From: a virus
Lineage: Duplodnaviria > Caudoviricetes
Direction: 5' to 3' (one strand)
Virus record (IMG/VR): IMGVR_UViG_3300032038_000027
Location: 51,744-115,743 of that record
Length of the DNA: 64,000 nucleotides
Part shown: piece after piece, positions 30,365-40,634 of the stretch
Numbering within the stretch: the first letter of the stretch is position 1
How the letters are laid out: every line of letters starts with the position of its first letter
Notes under the pieces: generated by a model
What the model saw: only the letters and a program-made list of their open reading frames with translations
Database searches by the model: none
What the model was told of the DNA's origin: nothing
Program-made: the position numbers and the translations under genes

Positions 30365-31471
30365 TTAATGCGCCGCCACATCCGCTTCATGGATTAGCAT
30401 AACGTCATTAAACATATCCTCTCCAATTAGCTTTAAATCACGATTGCGCGATTTTTCTGATCTATTCCAACTCATGTACGGGTGCATATGGTAATAAATC
30501 AAATTACATAAATAACTCAATTTATCGGAATTAAGTTCATCCATAAAGCCGTAGAATAGAGCCTCATAAGCGCCGACACATTGATGCTGATAATAGTGAC
30601 ATTCACCGTCGTCAATTCCCTTGAAGTTCACTCTTGTCTTTGTGTGTTCTTTGCCGTTATCATGTAACACAGTTGCAAATTTAAAGAGAACAAAATCATT
30701 TTTAACCTTTGCGGCAATTTCATCTCGATCAACATACTCTAACGCCTTAATAGAATGACTGCCCAAAGTGAGTGCATGATGTGAATTTTCTTGGTCAAAA
30801 TGTGCCGCTCTTGAAAGATAATCCATGAGATAATAAGTGTTTGAATAAGTATTAACTATACTTTTATCAAAGATATAATAAATATCATTAAATCCCTCAT
30901 GCTTATGTGGCGGTGTGTAGTTAAAATACATTCTCTTAACTACTTCCTGCGGTACTTTCTGGGTGCGAAATTCATTTGTCGGTCTTTCGGCGCACCTTTG
31001 CAAACATTTCTCATAAGGTGTCGCCATTACCACACAAATCTTCTCGCAATCAATTTTCTTAATACGTTGCAGGAAATCAATTCTCAATGACTTTTTGATA
31101 TTTGTCGCATCATAAATAACGCTTTTACCGTTAGACAAATCATTGATGATATTTTTATGTAATTGATTGAAAAGAGTTTGATTATCTCCTTGAATAGCTG
31201 CATCACCATATAATTCATGGCGTAATTTATCAGAAGAATGAATAATTGGAGTAATTAATAAATGAGCATTAAATGTTGCGTCGAATTTAATCTTGTTGCC
31301 GTGTAGACAAGTTGTGGGATATTCTTCGGAAATATGAATTCGATTTTCCGCATAATAAGATTTGCCAGAACCCGGAAGTCCTATCATCATAATGAAATAA
31401 GGCTTCTCTTTTTTATCTAATAAAAGCTGATAATCATTGAATAAAATATTATTTTGCTGATTATTTTTCAC
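30365..31471 (-). CDS. Polynucleotide kinase-like AAA_33 + HD-domain protein
   Basis: GLPGSGKS, SSD, YDATN; C-terminal VLHDNGK, HM and HEAD. Confidence 0.8.
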   Translation of the reverse strand: MKNNQQNNILFNDYQLLLDKKEKPYFIMMIGLPGSGKSYYAENRIHISEEYPTTCLHGNKIKFDATFNAHLLITPIIHSSDKLRHELYGDAAIQGDNQTLFNQLHKNIINDLSNGKSVIYDATNIKKSLRIDFLQRIKKIDCEKICVVMATPYEKCLQRCAERPTNEFRTQKVPQEVVKRMYFNYTPPHKHEGFNDIYYIFDKSIVNTYSNTYYLMDYLSRAAHFDQENSHHALTLGSHSIKALEYVDRDEIAAKVKNDFVLFKFATVLHDNGKEHTKTRVNFKGIDDGECHYYQHQCVGAYEALFYGFMDELNSDKLSYLCNLIYYHMHPYMSWNRSEKSRNRDLKLIGEDMFNDVMLIHEADVAAH

Positions 31472-31860
31472 TGTTCATCATCCTCTTCAAGCTCTGGAAT
31501 CCGATCATTCTCTTGAATATCTTCGTCAATTACTTTCTTATCCTGTTCGGTGATAAGTCCAAATTCAGCCATTTCGGGGTTGTTATTCGCCACTCGGCAA
31601 TAAGCCTTGACCTCACTAATGCGCTGAATAAGCGGTTTAGATGTATCGGCGAGCTTATCAAGCACAACCTTAGAGCAAATATAAATTCCCTTTTTCAAGC
31701 CCTCTACGAATTGTTTCCGTAAGGCATCAGCAATAATCCGATTCATTTCTTCATCGGCTTTTCTTTTTTCTTCCTCGGTGATTTTCTTAGGTGCGGCAGG
31801 TTCAACACCTAAAGGGGTAATCGGTGATTTAGGATTAGTTGTGTCCATATTAACCTCCAT
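31468..31860 (-). CDS. Hypothetical protein
   Basis: 130-aa ORF. Confidence 0.5.
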   Translation of the reverse strand: MEVNMDTTNPKSPITPLGVEPAAPKKITEEEKRKADEEMNRIIADALRKQFVEGLKKGIYICSKVVLDKLADTSKPLIQRISEVKAYCRVANNNPEMAEFGLITEQDKKVIDEDIQENDRIPELEEDDEQ

Positions 31861-31862
31861 AA

Positions 31863-33038
31863 TTAACTGTGATGTTTTAGTAGGTATTCGTTTGATACAT
31901 TCTTAAAGCTCATATCATTAGTCGGGTCACGCAATACAACACCCTCACGAAGAACATTAGGATTGATCGCTGAAGGAGCGGTTGCATATTTCTTAAACGT
32001 TTCCATATCATTCGGGATATGGTAATTTGTATCTAAGATAGGCACAAATTTCATGCCCATGCTTTCGACAATTTCTTTCGCTTCAACTGACGGCAAACGC
32101 CCACGATCTGAACGAATAAAGTTAAAGATATATAAATCATCTTCATCAAGTTTCAACGGATTGCCTTGAACCTTGCCAACAGCTTCACCTTGAATACATA
32201 CATAATCAAGCTCCGGAAATGCGTTCAGATAACTTTTTAATACATTTTCAATATCGTATTTAAAGGCGTTATTCCAATAAATATTTTCATCGTGATAACA
32301 CTCCTGATCGGGCGTAAGTTGTCGCACATTTCTTGAAAGAACATAAAACTCAAACTTCTTCTTACCTTTGCGTTCGAGAATATATGTTGAACTCGTTCCA
32401 TCTAATTTTTCAGTAACAACGAATTTGTTTGGTAAACCTAATACCCACGGCATATTTTCGCAGCGCTCTTCGTCGGTCTTATGTACAAACGAGAACTGAG
32501 TAGGAAAAGCAAGTGGTTTATCTTTCTTTCTACCAAAGATAAAGAATAGTAACTTTCTGCCCCACTTTCGTTTCATCAGCTTTCTGATAAATGGCTTTCT
32601 AAATAATTCTTTATGTCGTGCAGCCATTGATTTATATTTTGCGTTAGGGTCTGGCTTTGCGGATTTTCTGACATTATCTTCCGGCACATAGTATTTTACT
32701 CCCAACAGATCAGTAACATCAGCACCGATATCAAGATCATTGACTTCCGGGAATACATTCGCGGGCATCAATAGACCCTGCGATAATACCTTGCACATCT
32801 TTTGCGTTTTGATCTTATAATGCTTTGACTCTAAAAACGCAAAACGCTCGTCTGTTTCGGGAACTTTACTGTCAATTTCAAAGTAAATTGCCCTATCCCC
32901 TACATTAAATTCATCTTTACGAACGACACACCACCAACCGTTTGTTCTTGCATGAACAACACGATCATAGTTCGGAATCGGGCGAATTTCATCAATCGTA
33001 ACAATATAAGCTAACGCTCTTTTGCTATTACTTACCAT
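31863..33038 (-). CDS. RNA ligase (Rnl2/DRB0094-like)
   Basis: TEKLDG motif I, IQGE, FVP, REGVVLR, SFKNVS. Confidence 0.88.
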   Translation of the reverse strand: MVSNSKRALAYIVTIDEIRPIPNYDRVVHARTNGWWCVVRKDEFNVGDRAIYFEIDSKVPETDERFAFLESKHYKIKTQKMCKVLSQGLLMPANVFPEVNDLDIGADVTDLLGVKYYVPEDNVRKSAKPDPNAKYKSMAARHKELFRKPFIRKLMKRKWGRKLLFFIFGRKKDKPLAFPTQFSFVHKTDEERCENMPWVLGLPNKFVVTEKLDGTSSTYILERKGKKKFEFYVLSRNVRQLTPDQECYHDENIYWNNAFKYDIENVLKSYLNAFPELDYVCIQGEAVGKVQGNPLKLDEDDLYIFNFIRSDRGRLPSVEAKEIVESMGMKFVPILDTNYHIPNDMETFKKYATAPSAINPNVLREGVVLRDPTNDMSFKNVSNEYLLKHHS

Positions 33039-33273
33039 TGTTTCGCCTCCGCTTGTTATATTTCTTTCTATTAGGTCTGGCGCGTGTCATCTTGCCCTTT
33101 TCATCAAATCCAATAGTTTCGCCATCAGCTACATGACCGCAATTTGGACAAGTATATTTCGTATATGAATTACTTGGTTCAAAGCAATAGCTGATTGTCA
33201 TTTCAACATTACATTTTTTGCAAATCATTTTTACCTCCTGTAATCTTTCAGTACAGCAATTAAGAATAATCAA
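33028..33273 (-). CDS. Zn-ribbon hypothetical protein
   Basis: CKKC and CPNCG motifs. Confidence 0.5.
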   Translation of the reverse strand: MIILNCCTERLQEVKMICKKCNVEMTISYCFEPSNSYTKYTCPNCGHVADGETIGFDEKGKMTRARPNRKKYNKRRRNNGK

Positions 33274-33830
33274 TTAATAATTTCGGCGATTTCATATTTC
33301 TCAGCTTCTCCGCTTCTAATGTACCAATTCATTTTCTTGTCTGCAATTTCATGCAGTTTTTCAAGAGGAATTTTAGTGCGTTCAGCCACAAAGTATTCAT
33401 ACTGAGCATATATTCTCTTTGTTTCATCAATATCTTCAATTAAATCGTTTAATTTACCGCTTATTCTTGTACTTGTTTGGTGGTACATGAGTACCGCATT
33501 TTTAGACATAAATCTTTTATGTCCGGCAAGAAATATCTTGAATCCTGCGCTCATAGCATATCCCATGCAATATGTATAAATAGGTGTCTTAGAATTAAGC
33601 ATTATACCGATTATGCTCCACGCATCATATGCACTACCTCCGCGTGAATCAATATAAAAATGAATAGGTTGCCTTGTATATTCTTTCAGTTGAGTTTCTT
33701 TATTATCATCGGCAAAAATTAGCGATAATAAATAAGAATTGATCTGTCCACAAATTTCATTATCAATTATATCATTCACGACAATTACTCTATTATTTTC
33801 ATCAAAGGATATATTTGCGATCTGAACCAC
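33270..33830 (-). CDS. clpP: ClpP-like protease subunit
   Basis: YIDSRGG, GYAMSAG (catalytic Ser), LMYHQ. Confidence 0.85.
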   Translation of the reverse strand: MVQIANISFDENNRVIVVNDIIDNEICGQINSYLLSLIFADDNKETQLKEYTRQPIHFYIDSRGGSAYDAWSIIGIMLNSKTPIYTYCMGYAMSAGFKIFLAGHKRFMSKNAVLMYHQTSTRISGKLNDLIEDIDETKRIYAQYEYFVAERTKIPLEKLHEIADKKMNWYIRSGEAEKYEIAEIIN

Positions 33831-34413
33831 TCCTTAAAGTGTTATTATGAATAATTCTTATAACACCCGCCCATGAATTTGCTATTACCATACTATCGCT
33901 ATTAATTTTATAATTCCGATTATGCGGTGCGTCAAATAAAATTTTAAATTGTTTTTCACTCGTTAAATTATGAACACCATCATCAATTAGAAAGTGTCCG
34001 TTAATCAAGTCTTTACGAGAAGTAATAATAACATCATTCCATGAAATAAATGGAAAATATTTCTTTACCACATACTCAAATTTCGGCTCAACACACTTAT
34101 AATATGTAGTAGAGCAAGGCATGATATGATAGCCTTCATCAGACAGTAATTTAAGTGATTCCACAGCACCAAATTTAGGTTTAACGGTGCACCAGAATAG
34201 TTTGCTGTTAAATGGTTCATATATTTCATCATTCTTTAATGTCGGAAATGCTTTCTGCATATTCCATTCAGTAATATCATCAACGGACACACTCAATGAG
34301 TGCATACGATTCAAACGCTCTACCCATGCAGGTAATAAGTCTATCATTACATCATCTATGTCAACCAAAATAATGATTTGATCTGGCGGCAAATTATAAT
34401 ACGGTTTCTTCAT
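33802..34413 (-). CDS. 5'(3')-deoxyribonucleotidase (NT5C, HAD)
   Basis: VDIDDV, LIDDG, FDAPHN. Confidence 0.85.
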   Translation of the reverse strand: MKKPYYNLPPDQIIILVDIDDVMIDLLPAWVERLNRMHSLSVSVDDITEWNMQKAFPTLKNDEIYEPFNSKLFWCTVKPKFGAVESLKLLSDEGYHIMPCSTTYYKCVEPKFEYVVKKYFPFISWNDVIITSRKDLINGHFLIDDGVHNLTSEKQFKILFDAPHNRNYKINSDSMVIANSWAGVIRIIHNNTLRSGSDRKYIL

Positions 34414-34416
34414 AAA

Positions 34417-34962
34417 TCAATCCCACAAACAATAGTAATACTTTTTGAACAAATCCATAAATTCACACAAACATTCTTCGCGATATTTTTCTAATTCTAT
34501 ATCAGCTTCTAAATGTTTCTTGATGATGTTTTCATATTCCGGCACATCATCTGCGGAACTATTCAAATAATCGCATATGTTCCCAATCGTTTCCCGATAT
34601 TCATCATCGTATGGATTTTTCTTTGTACAAGTAAATTCATCAGATTCGCCGAGCAAGAAAATCATTCTGTTTAATAATTTGACATATGCTTCATCTTGCT
34701 TGTCCACATCACAAGGGTCAACATTTTCATCAATTTGAATTGTTGGTACGCCACAATGATTATCTCTAAGAGTTGTTAAAATCTTTATCATTGTAGGTGC
34801 GAACCAAGTATCGACTTCCCAATTTGCGGTGATATCATAACCATTCTTAATAAGATAATGAAGATCACTGAAATATCTCGGAATTGCTTTAATATTTTTA
34901 TACCAACGTTTTTTATCCCAACAAAAACAACGTTGCCATATTTTGCGATTGTATAAAATCAT
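34417..34962 (-). CDS. Hypothetical protein
   Basis: 181-aa ORF ending LWD. Confidence 0.55.
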   Translation of the reverse strand: MILYNRKIWQRCFCWDKKRWYKNIKAIPRYFSDLHYLIKNGYDITANWEVDTWFAPTMIKILTTLRDNHCGVPTIQIDENVDPCDVDKQDEAYVKLLNRMIFLLGESDEFTCTKKNPYDDEYRETIGNICDYLNSSADDVPEYENIIKKHLEADIELEKYREECLCEFMDLFKKYYYCLWD

Positions 34963-34973
34963 AATGTATCACC

Positions 34974-35462
34974 TTATGAAAATTTTATATTAGACTTACT
35001 TGGGATGGTTATCCTATATTGCGTATCACCATACGATAAACACCAAAGATTCCAGAAGGGATTTGCTTTGCGAGAAGTAATCTCTACATTTGGTGTTTCT
35101 GATTTATCAAAGTTCAAATGAACATCCTCTTTTTTGTCTTTATAAACTGTTATTTCATCATCTTTATATGCAAAATAATATCGAGAATCCTCAAATTCAC
35201 CGCTAATTTCAAGATAATAATCAATATTATCGTCAGAAGTTTGAATCAAATCATATGTTTCGCACGTTGCATATGATGCAGAATCATTTGAATATATAAT
35301 TGCACCAGTTATGAGATTAATGATTGAACCTAAAAATAAACTACCAATAATGGCAACCGCACAAGCCGTTACAATTAAACCGATAAGATGTGATACATCA
35401 TCTCGAAAATAAATAATAATTATAGCTGCAATAATAGCAAATACCAAAATATATGTAAGCAT
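34974..35462 (-). CDS. Membrane protein
   Basis: Two N-terminal hydrophobic helices. Confidence 0.55.
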   Translation of the reverse strand: MLTYILVFAIIAAIIIIYFRDDVSHLIGLIVTACAVAIIGSLFLGSIINLITGAIIYSNDSASYATCETYDLIQTSDDNIDYYLEISGEFEDSRYYFAYKDDEITVYKDKKEDVHLNFDKSETPNVEITSRKANPFWNLWCLSYGDTQYRITIPSKSNIKFS

Positions 35463-35471
35463 ATTAACTCC

Positions 35472-36062
35472 TTATCTATTCAAAATATTAATCTGGCAAC
35501 TTTCCATAACATCGAGAGCTTCATTATGTTTTTCTGGTGTAGTTCCGGCACAACACGAGGCATCAACATAAATTTCAGCAAATGGAAACTCTGTCTTTAA
35601 ATATAATGCGTTGCTAATAACACAAATATCAGTGCAAAGACCGATCAAATGAAATTCAAGAGATTTGCCATTTGTAAGTTTACCTGCCAACATTTCGCCC
35701 ACCATTAAAGGAAGAACAGTTGAAGCGAAAATACCTTTTGCTGCAATTCTTTCCTTAGAAATTTTCTTTTCGCAAATATATGTTTTCAATTCATCGGGGA
35801 AATCCCAACCATTAGTTTTATAAATACAATGCGGTACAGGAAGATGTTGTCCTTCAACTGTTTTTAAATAACTATCATCATAGTGTGTATCTTTTGTAAA
35901 GAAAATCTCGTCATCCCAATTTTTGATCTTATCCATAACATTAGAATAGATAGCTTGCGCCTCTTTCGTGCCTAATGTGCCATTGATAAAATCATTTTGG
36001 AAATCAATACAAAATAAAACCTTAATTTTATCCATTTGAAACCTCGTCATCCATGTGTTCAT
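35472..36062 (-). CDS. Nicotinamidase/isochorismatase-family hydrolase
   Basis: IDFQNDF, DTH, PVPHC, GLCTDICV; start likely near 36033. Confidence 0.85.
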   Translation of the reverse strand: MNTWMTRFQMDKIKVLFCIDFQNDFINGTLGTKEAQAIYSNVMDKIKNWDDEIFFTKDTHYDDSYLKTVEGQHLPVPHCIYKTNGWDFPDELKTYICEKKISKERIAAKGIFASTVLPLMVGEMLAGKLTNGKSLEFHLIGLCTDICVISNALYLKTEFPFAEIYVDASCCAGTTPEKHNEALDVMESCQINILNR

Positions 36063-36459
36063 ATTGATACTGTGCTATAAGATCACAACCAATTTTCTTT
36101 GCATATTCCTCGGTTTTTGCGTAAACCCAAACTTCATAACGCTCTTGATTATAAATACTTGCTGCACGACAATATTTAACATTATTGATTTCAATACTTT
36201 CATCATAATGATCTCGTTCAAAAGTAGTAATTTCATTATCATTTAAATATTTGCTAACTTTATATAAATGATATCCTCGCGCCGCAAAATCTACGGCTTG
36301 TTCATATTGGTCACTGTCATATATTTCAATATTAGCATTACTATCCCAAACTGAGTTGCTATAATAATTCCTTAATTTTTCAGCCATCTCTGGTGTAGTA
36401 GCAACACCACAAACATGATAATCTGAATAGCTACCCGCAGTAATTACATAAATTTTCAT
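36028..36459 (-). CDS. Hypothetical protein
   Basis: MKIYVITAGSYSDY N-terminus, a style common in phage ORFs. Confidence 0.55.
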   Translation of the reverse strand: MKIYVITAGSYSDYHVCGVATTPEMAEKLRNYYSNSVWDSNANIEIYDSDQYEQAVDFAARGYHLYKVSKYLNDNEITTFERDHYDESIEINNVKYCRAASIYNQERYEVWVYAKTEEYAKKIGCDLIAQYQYEHMDDEVSNG

Positions 36460-36484
36460 ATATTATCCTTTCACACCAATGATT

Positions 36485-36889
36485 TTATTCTTTTGTGATC
36501 TTATATCCTAATTTTTGAATCAATTTTAATGTTTCCATAGCCGTATTCAGATCATATGCCTGTTCACATTCCGGCAACTCGTCATAAGGAACAAGACAAG
36601 GATTTGTCTTTGCGACATCATCACGGGTTTCGCCATATGTCCAACCATCACGAATCCTACCTTCAGCCCAAACATCATGAACATTAGCGGCGATTTTTTC
36701 GCTCAACTCCATAATATTATCACTTAATTCAACATCGGTTGTATCAATAGGCTTTGGCTTATATGCCTCTGGTTCTCCTGTTTCTTCTTCACCGAATATT
36801 GAATTTAAAAATAGCGCAAATGCAGCTATACAAGCGATAATACACATAAGTTGTACAATATTACAAAATAACATAACCATAATTAACAC
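36485..36889 (-). CDS. RyR-domain protein with N-terminal TM segment
   Basis: YKPKPIDT, IAANVHDVWA, GWTYG, PCLVPYDEL. Confidence 0.85.
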   Translation of the reverse strand: MLIMVMLFCNIVQLMCIIACIAAFALFLNSIFGEEETGEPEAYKPKPIDTTDVELSDNIMELSEKIAANVHDVWAEGRIRDGWTYGETRDDVAKTNPCLVPYDELPECEQAYDLNTAMETLKLIQKLGYKITKE

Positions 36890-36938
36890 TCCGATACGGT
36901 ACTATCAAGATAAATAATATATTCATATTTGATTTCGC

Positions 36939-37508
36939 TCATTTGTACCTCCGCTTAATGGTCGCACGATTTCTATTATTAAATTTTTCAGAACAGTAAT
37001 TATTTATATAATAAATTGCAAGAATAATTGATTCAATCATACGCTCATCTTCTTTATCCATATGACAAATTGGCATTTCGGAATAATGATGACATAGATC
37101 AATCATAAATTGCCACAAATTATTTTGTTGCTTAATCTTTGATTCTAAAACATGAATGGGAACAAATTCTTTAACTGAAAAAGTAAAAGGATATTTCGTA
37201 CTCCTTTCTAAAAGAGTATTTATAAAACCGAATAAACCTTTTTCAATCAAAATATCACAATGAAATTTTGTAGATTCGTATAAATGCTGCGGAATATTTT
37301 CAATCTCAGTTAATAATGCAAGCATAATTGTATCAGCATAATCCGCATCTTTTAAGCAATATCCCGATTCGCGCGAATTATAATAATAGCTATCAACAAT
37401 ATGCCAACCTTTATTTTCACCGTCAGAATATCTCCATAAAGTCCATGCCATAGGGTTTACTGTTCCATAATTAACCGATAAGATAAAATGATTATTATCC
37501 ATTGTCAA
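36939..37508 (-). CDS. Hypothetical protein, weakly resembling a terminase RNase H-like nuclease domain
   Basis: VNYGTVNP and YYYNSRE resemble DYG..NP and eYY motifs of large terminases, but the acidic residue is replaced. Confidence 0.35.
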   Translation of the reverse strand: MTMDNNHFILSVNYGTVNPMAWTLWRYSDGENKGWHIVDSYYYNSRESGYCLKDADYADTIMLALLTEIENIPQHLYESTKFHCDILIEKGLFGFINTLLERSTKYPFTFSVKEFVPIHVLESKIKQQNNLWQFMIDLCHHYSEMPICHMDKEDERMIESIILAIYYINNYCSEKFNNRNRATIKRRYK

Positions 37509-37896
37509 ACTCCTTACCCGGATAGAAAATGTATGTTTTGATTCTTTTACTCTTTGCGATGCCTACCATGTGCGAAGTTCCGCGACTTTTGCCATCCCAA
37601 AAAGCTATTAAAACACCCTTATGACCATCTTCTTTTGCCCATTGTGCCATTTGAGTATTTCTAATAAATCCGGCTGATTTGCCATAGTTTGTCCATTGAG
37701 CGTGATAGATCGTCAATTTAATATTGTTTTCACGAGCGTATCTATTACCGAGAAGATCAGCACCTTTTGCGCCGCCAGTAATTATTTCAATATAGTCACA
37801 ATCATATTTTGAAATAACTTCATCAATCTTTTCTTTAACATAATCATAATCATTAAACGAGCGGCAACCCGCAACAATTATTCTTAAATTCACCAT
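37495..37896 (-). CDS. YspA-like SLOG family protein (DUF2493)
   Basis: IIVAGCRSF, TGGAKGAD, GKSAGFIRN, AFWDGKSRGT. Confidence 0.85.
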   Translation of the reverse strand: MVNLRIIVAGCRSFNDYDYVKEKIDEVISKYDCDYIEIITGGAKGADLLGNRYARENNIKLTIYHAQWTNYGKSAGFIRNTQMAQWAKEDGHKGVLIAFWDGKSRGTSHMVGIAKSKRIKTYIFYPGKEFDNG

Positions 37897-37904
37897 ATTA
37901 TCAC

Positions 37905-38411
37905 CTATATAAGATTTTTTAAATATGCAATTACTGCTTTCAAATCATAATAATCCATTATATCATTTAAAGATAATTCATCGGGTGAAACTTCAGTATA
38001 ATAATGTTTCAATCTGCCTTTTTTAAAATTTTTATGTGATGCTGTCTTATTATAACCGTATAGTAGAATATTGCCCTTTTGTGTTGTTCGTGCGCTGACA
38101 TATGTATGTTCTTTAATTACAGCTTCAGCAAAACTTTGCCAATCATCATATGTTTCATCCGAATCAGGCTTTCTTTCGCCAATGTACACTTGTGATCTGC
38201 TATCGAATAACTTGCCGTTAATCCGCACTTCAAGGCGTTCATTATAATATGCGATGTCATTTGATTTTTTATAATAATGTTCAAGTGCCTGTTTAACACG
38301 AAATACAGGAATTAATTTTGCACCATTAGTATAGATTTCTTGCTTATCTTTAAATGAATGATCTTCAAGAAATTCTTCTATTGTATCAGGGAATGACATA
38401 ATGTCCGGCAT
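37905..38411 (-). CDS. Hypothetical protein
   Basis: 168-aa ORF. Confidence 0.5.
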   Translation of the reverse strand: MPDIMSFPDTIEEFLEDHSFKDKQEIYTNGAKLIPVFRVKQALEHYYKKSNDIAYYNERLEVRINGKLFDSRSQVYIGERKPDSDETYDDWQSFAEAVIKEHTYVSARTTQKGNILLYGYNKTASHKNFKKGRLKHYYTEVSPDELSLNDIMDYYDLKAVIAYLKNLI

Positions 38412-38436
38412 TTAATCGCTCTCACTTTCTTTAAAT

Positions 38437-38808
38437 TTATCTCCTATATTCATTCACAATTTTGTGATTGGCTTCCCGGAGCTTTTCAATTTCTCTTAGA
38501 TTTTGCCGATAATTTGCAATAGAAATGCGCAAATTTGGCGGGAAATCTACTGTTTCTTTACGCGAAAAATTAGTTATTCGATATGATATTATTTCATCAC
38601 GATATATACAATACACATATCTATAGTCTTTCGGATTGATATAAAACTTAACTGCACTTTTAACGGTTTCGCCATTTATAAAATGTAAATTATAATATGA
38701 TTTGTACAGCCTCAAAATATGCCCATCATAATCGGAATGTGCGGAAATTAAATCGCCGAATTTCTTATCATCAAATATTTTGATGTCTGCATAAAACTCA
38801 TTATTCAC
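38437..38808 (-). CDS. Hypothetical protein
   Basis: 123-aa ORF. Confidence 0.5.
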   Translation of the reverse strand: MNNEFYADIKIFDDKKFGDLISAHSDYDGHILRLYKSYYNLHFINGETVKSAVKFYINPKDYRYVYCIYRDEIISYRITNFSRKETVDFPPNLRISIANYRQNLREIEKLREANHKIVNEYRR

Positions 38809-38829
38809 ATCAATGCCTCATATGGTAGA

Positions 38830-39126
38830 TCATGATTTGTTGCGCATAAAGTTAATCATCTTATTAACACCATCAATTACACCAACATAGTATTCTACGT
38901 CAAGTTGAGCTGATGATAATTGCTTACTTAATGCTTTATTATTTGATGATAATTCTTGATTCTTATTCTTTAAATCATTATTTTTGTCGTTTAATTCTGA
39001 TAATTCTGTCTTTAACTTATCAATATAAGAATTTAATTCCGCAATTCTCGCTTTGTATTCAGCGATGATTCCAGAGCCATCGTTATGTGTTTCGTTTGTT
39101 TCGTACATTTGTTCTAATCCTCCCAC
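38830..39126 (-). CDS. Coiled-coil protein
   Basis: Heptad-rich ORF. Confidence 0.5.
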   Translation of the reverse strand: MGGLEQMYETNETHNDGSGIIAEYKARIAELNSYIDKLKTELSELNDKNNDLKNKNQELSSNNKALSKQLSSAQLDVEYYVGVIDGVNKMINFMRNKS

Positions 39127-39151
39127 TTATATTAATATTTGTCATAATATG

Positions 39152-39946
39152 CTAATCCTTTTTTAATGGTTTAACAAAGCTAAATTCATATACATCTGTT
39201 GGTTCAACTAAAATGTGATGACAAGTTTCGCCATCATATATGCTGCCTTTGTGGTGATTACAAAGCGGTGATCTTACGTCCTCGCCGCAGATAGAACAAA
39301 TGGTACGATTTACGCTACAACCAATAGATACTTCATTTAATTCACCGGATTCAATTTGTTGGATTATTTCAGCGTTTTCGTTTGAGCGTATCATAAATAT
39401 TCTTGCAGTTAAATTGAAAAGCTGCTCTCCGGTCTTAGTAGCTTTGCCATCAGGTGCTTCAACATCGCAAGAAATAATTCGCATTATCTGAGTTGGCATG
39501 ACATCGGTATCAACATATCCAGTTTTGCCAACGAATAATTTCTTAAAGCCATATAATGTATCTACGGAAAATTGTTCATTATCTTTGTCGATATCATTAT
39601 TACAAAGAATAACAGTAAACAAATAAACTTCTTCAGGATTCAAATAGCGGCGAGAATAGCTATTGACGAGTTCCATTTCTTCTGCGCTCCACTTTGATGC
39701 CGCAAGAGAACCTACACGACAGTTCCAAAACTCCGCAGCTTTACCGTAACCATCTTCGAGAACAACGAAATCGCCTTCAACATATTGCGAACGATGTTCA
39801 AACTCTCTTGTTTGAATTTTGCAATCGCAACATTCTATATTGAATTTTTCGGTATAAATTCCACCACTTGCGATAGTGCGATGAAGAACATGAAATCTTG
39901 ATTTGCCGCCACATATCGGGCAATTTTTTAAAATCATTTTAACCAC
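39152..39946 (-). CDS. Lar-like Zn ribbon fused to a prohead-protease-like domain
   Basis: N-terminal CPICGG...CCDC...FWN; C-terminal DIDKDNEQF, EVSIGC, CSICG and EFSFV. Confidence 0.5.
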   Translation of the reverse strand: MVKMILKNCPICGGKSRFHVLHRTIASGGIYTEKFNIECCDCKIQTREFEHRSQYVEGDFVVLEDGYGKAAEFWNCRVGSLAASKWSAEEMELVNSYSRRYLNPEEVYLFTVILCNNDIDKDNEQFSVDTLYGFKKLFVGKTGYVDTDVMPTQIMRIISCDVEAPDGKATKTGEQLFNLTARIFMIRSNENAEIIQQIESGELNEVSIGCSVNRTICSICGEDVRSPLCNHHKGSIYDGETCHHILVEPTDVYEFSFVKPLKKD

Positions 39947-40330
39947 CTACAATAAATTTGATAAATATTCGCGCAATTCTTTTACGATCACAGGATTTTT
40001 TCTTAATAGGTTCTTTGTGTATTTGAGATCATCATTTGCGACAGGTGCAATATTTTGTTGATCTTCGCCCGGAATAGGAGGCAACTCCATCCAATACCGC
40101 ACATTAGTCCATTCGTAATATCCTACTTCAGAATCATAAGCATACCAACCGCTTTCGCCACGTTTATGATTGAAATCATCATTATCGACTGCATATAAAT
40201 TTCTCGCAAAATAACAAATATTATGCCTGAGATATTTTTTGCCGCCAGATATTGATTCTGTTAAAACATAATAGCGTTTACGATCTTTTTGCGGTAACTC
40301 TTTGCTTGCATCATGCCAAAACATTTCCAT
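39947..40330 (-). CDS. DUF551-like protein
   Basis: WHDASKELP...VRYWMELP. Confidence 0.65.
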   Translation of the reverse strand: MEMFWHDASKELPQKDRKRYYVLTESISGGKKYLRHNICYFARNLYAVDNDDFNHKRGESGWYAYDSEVGYYEWTNVRYWMELPPIPGEDQQNIAPVANDDLKYTKNLLRKNPVIVKELREYLSNLL

Positions 40331-40335
40331 TTATG

Positions 40336-40620
40336 TCATCTTTCCTTCGTGATTTCATATTGTGTTGCACACATTCCTATACATTGTGGCGTTTCATATT
40401 TTTTATTACCGAATCTTTTGGAACATACATAATGAGTATCATGCCAATTAATTCTATCGTCAGGAAATGATCTTTCGTCAATCACCAAATCATTAATATC
40501 AAATAAGTTTTGCGAATGATACTTTATGATATATTCAAACATTTCTTCTTTTGTATTAAACTCTTTTGCTTCTGCCATAGCATCAGCTAAAAGGTAACGG
40601 CGCGGTCTAAATATATACAT
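40336..40620 (-). CDS. Hypothetical protein
   Basis: 94-aa ORF. Confidence 0.5.
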   Translation of the reverse strand: MYIFRPRRYLLADAMAEAKEFNTKEEMFEYIIKYHSQNLFDINDLVIDERSFPDDRINWHDTHYVCSKRFGNKKYETPQCIGMCATQYEITKER

Positions 40621-40634
40621 TACACATTACCCCT

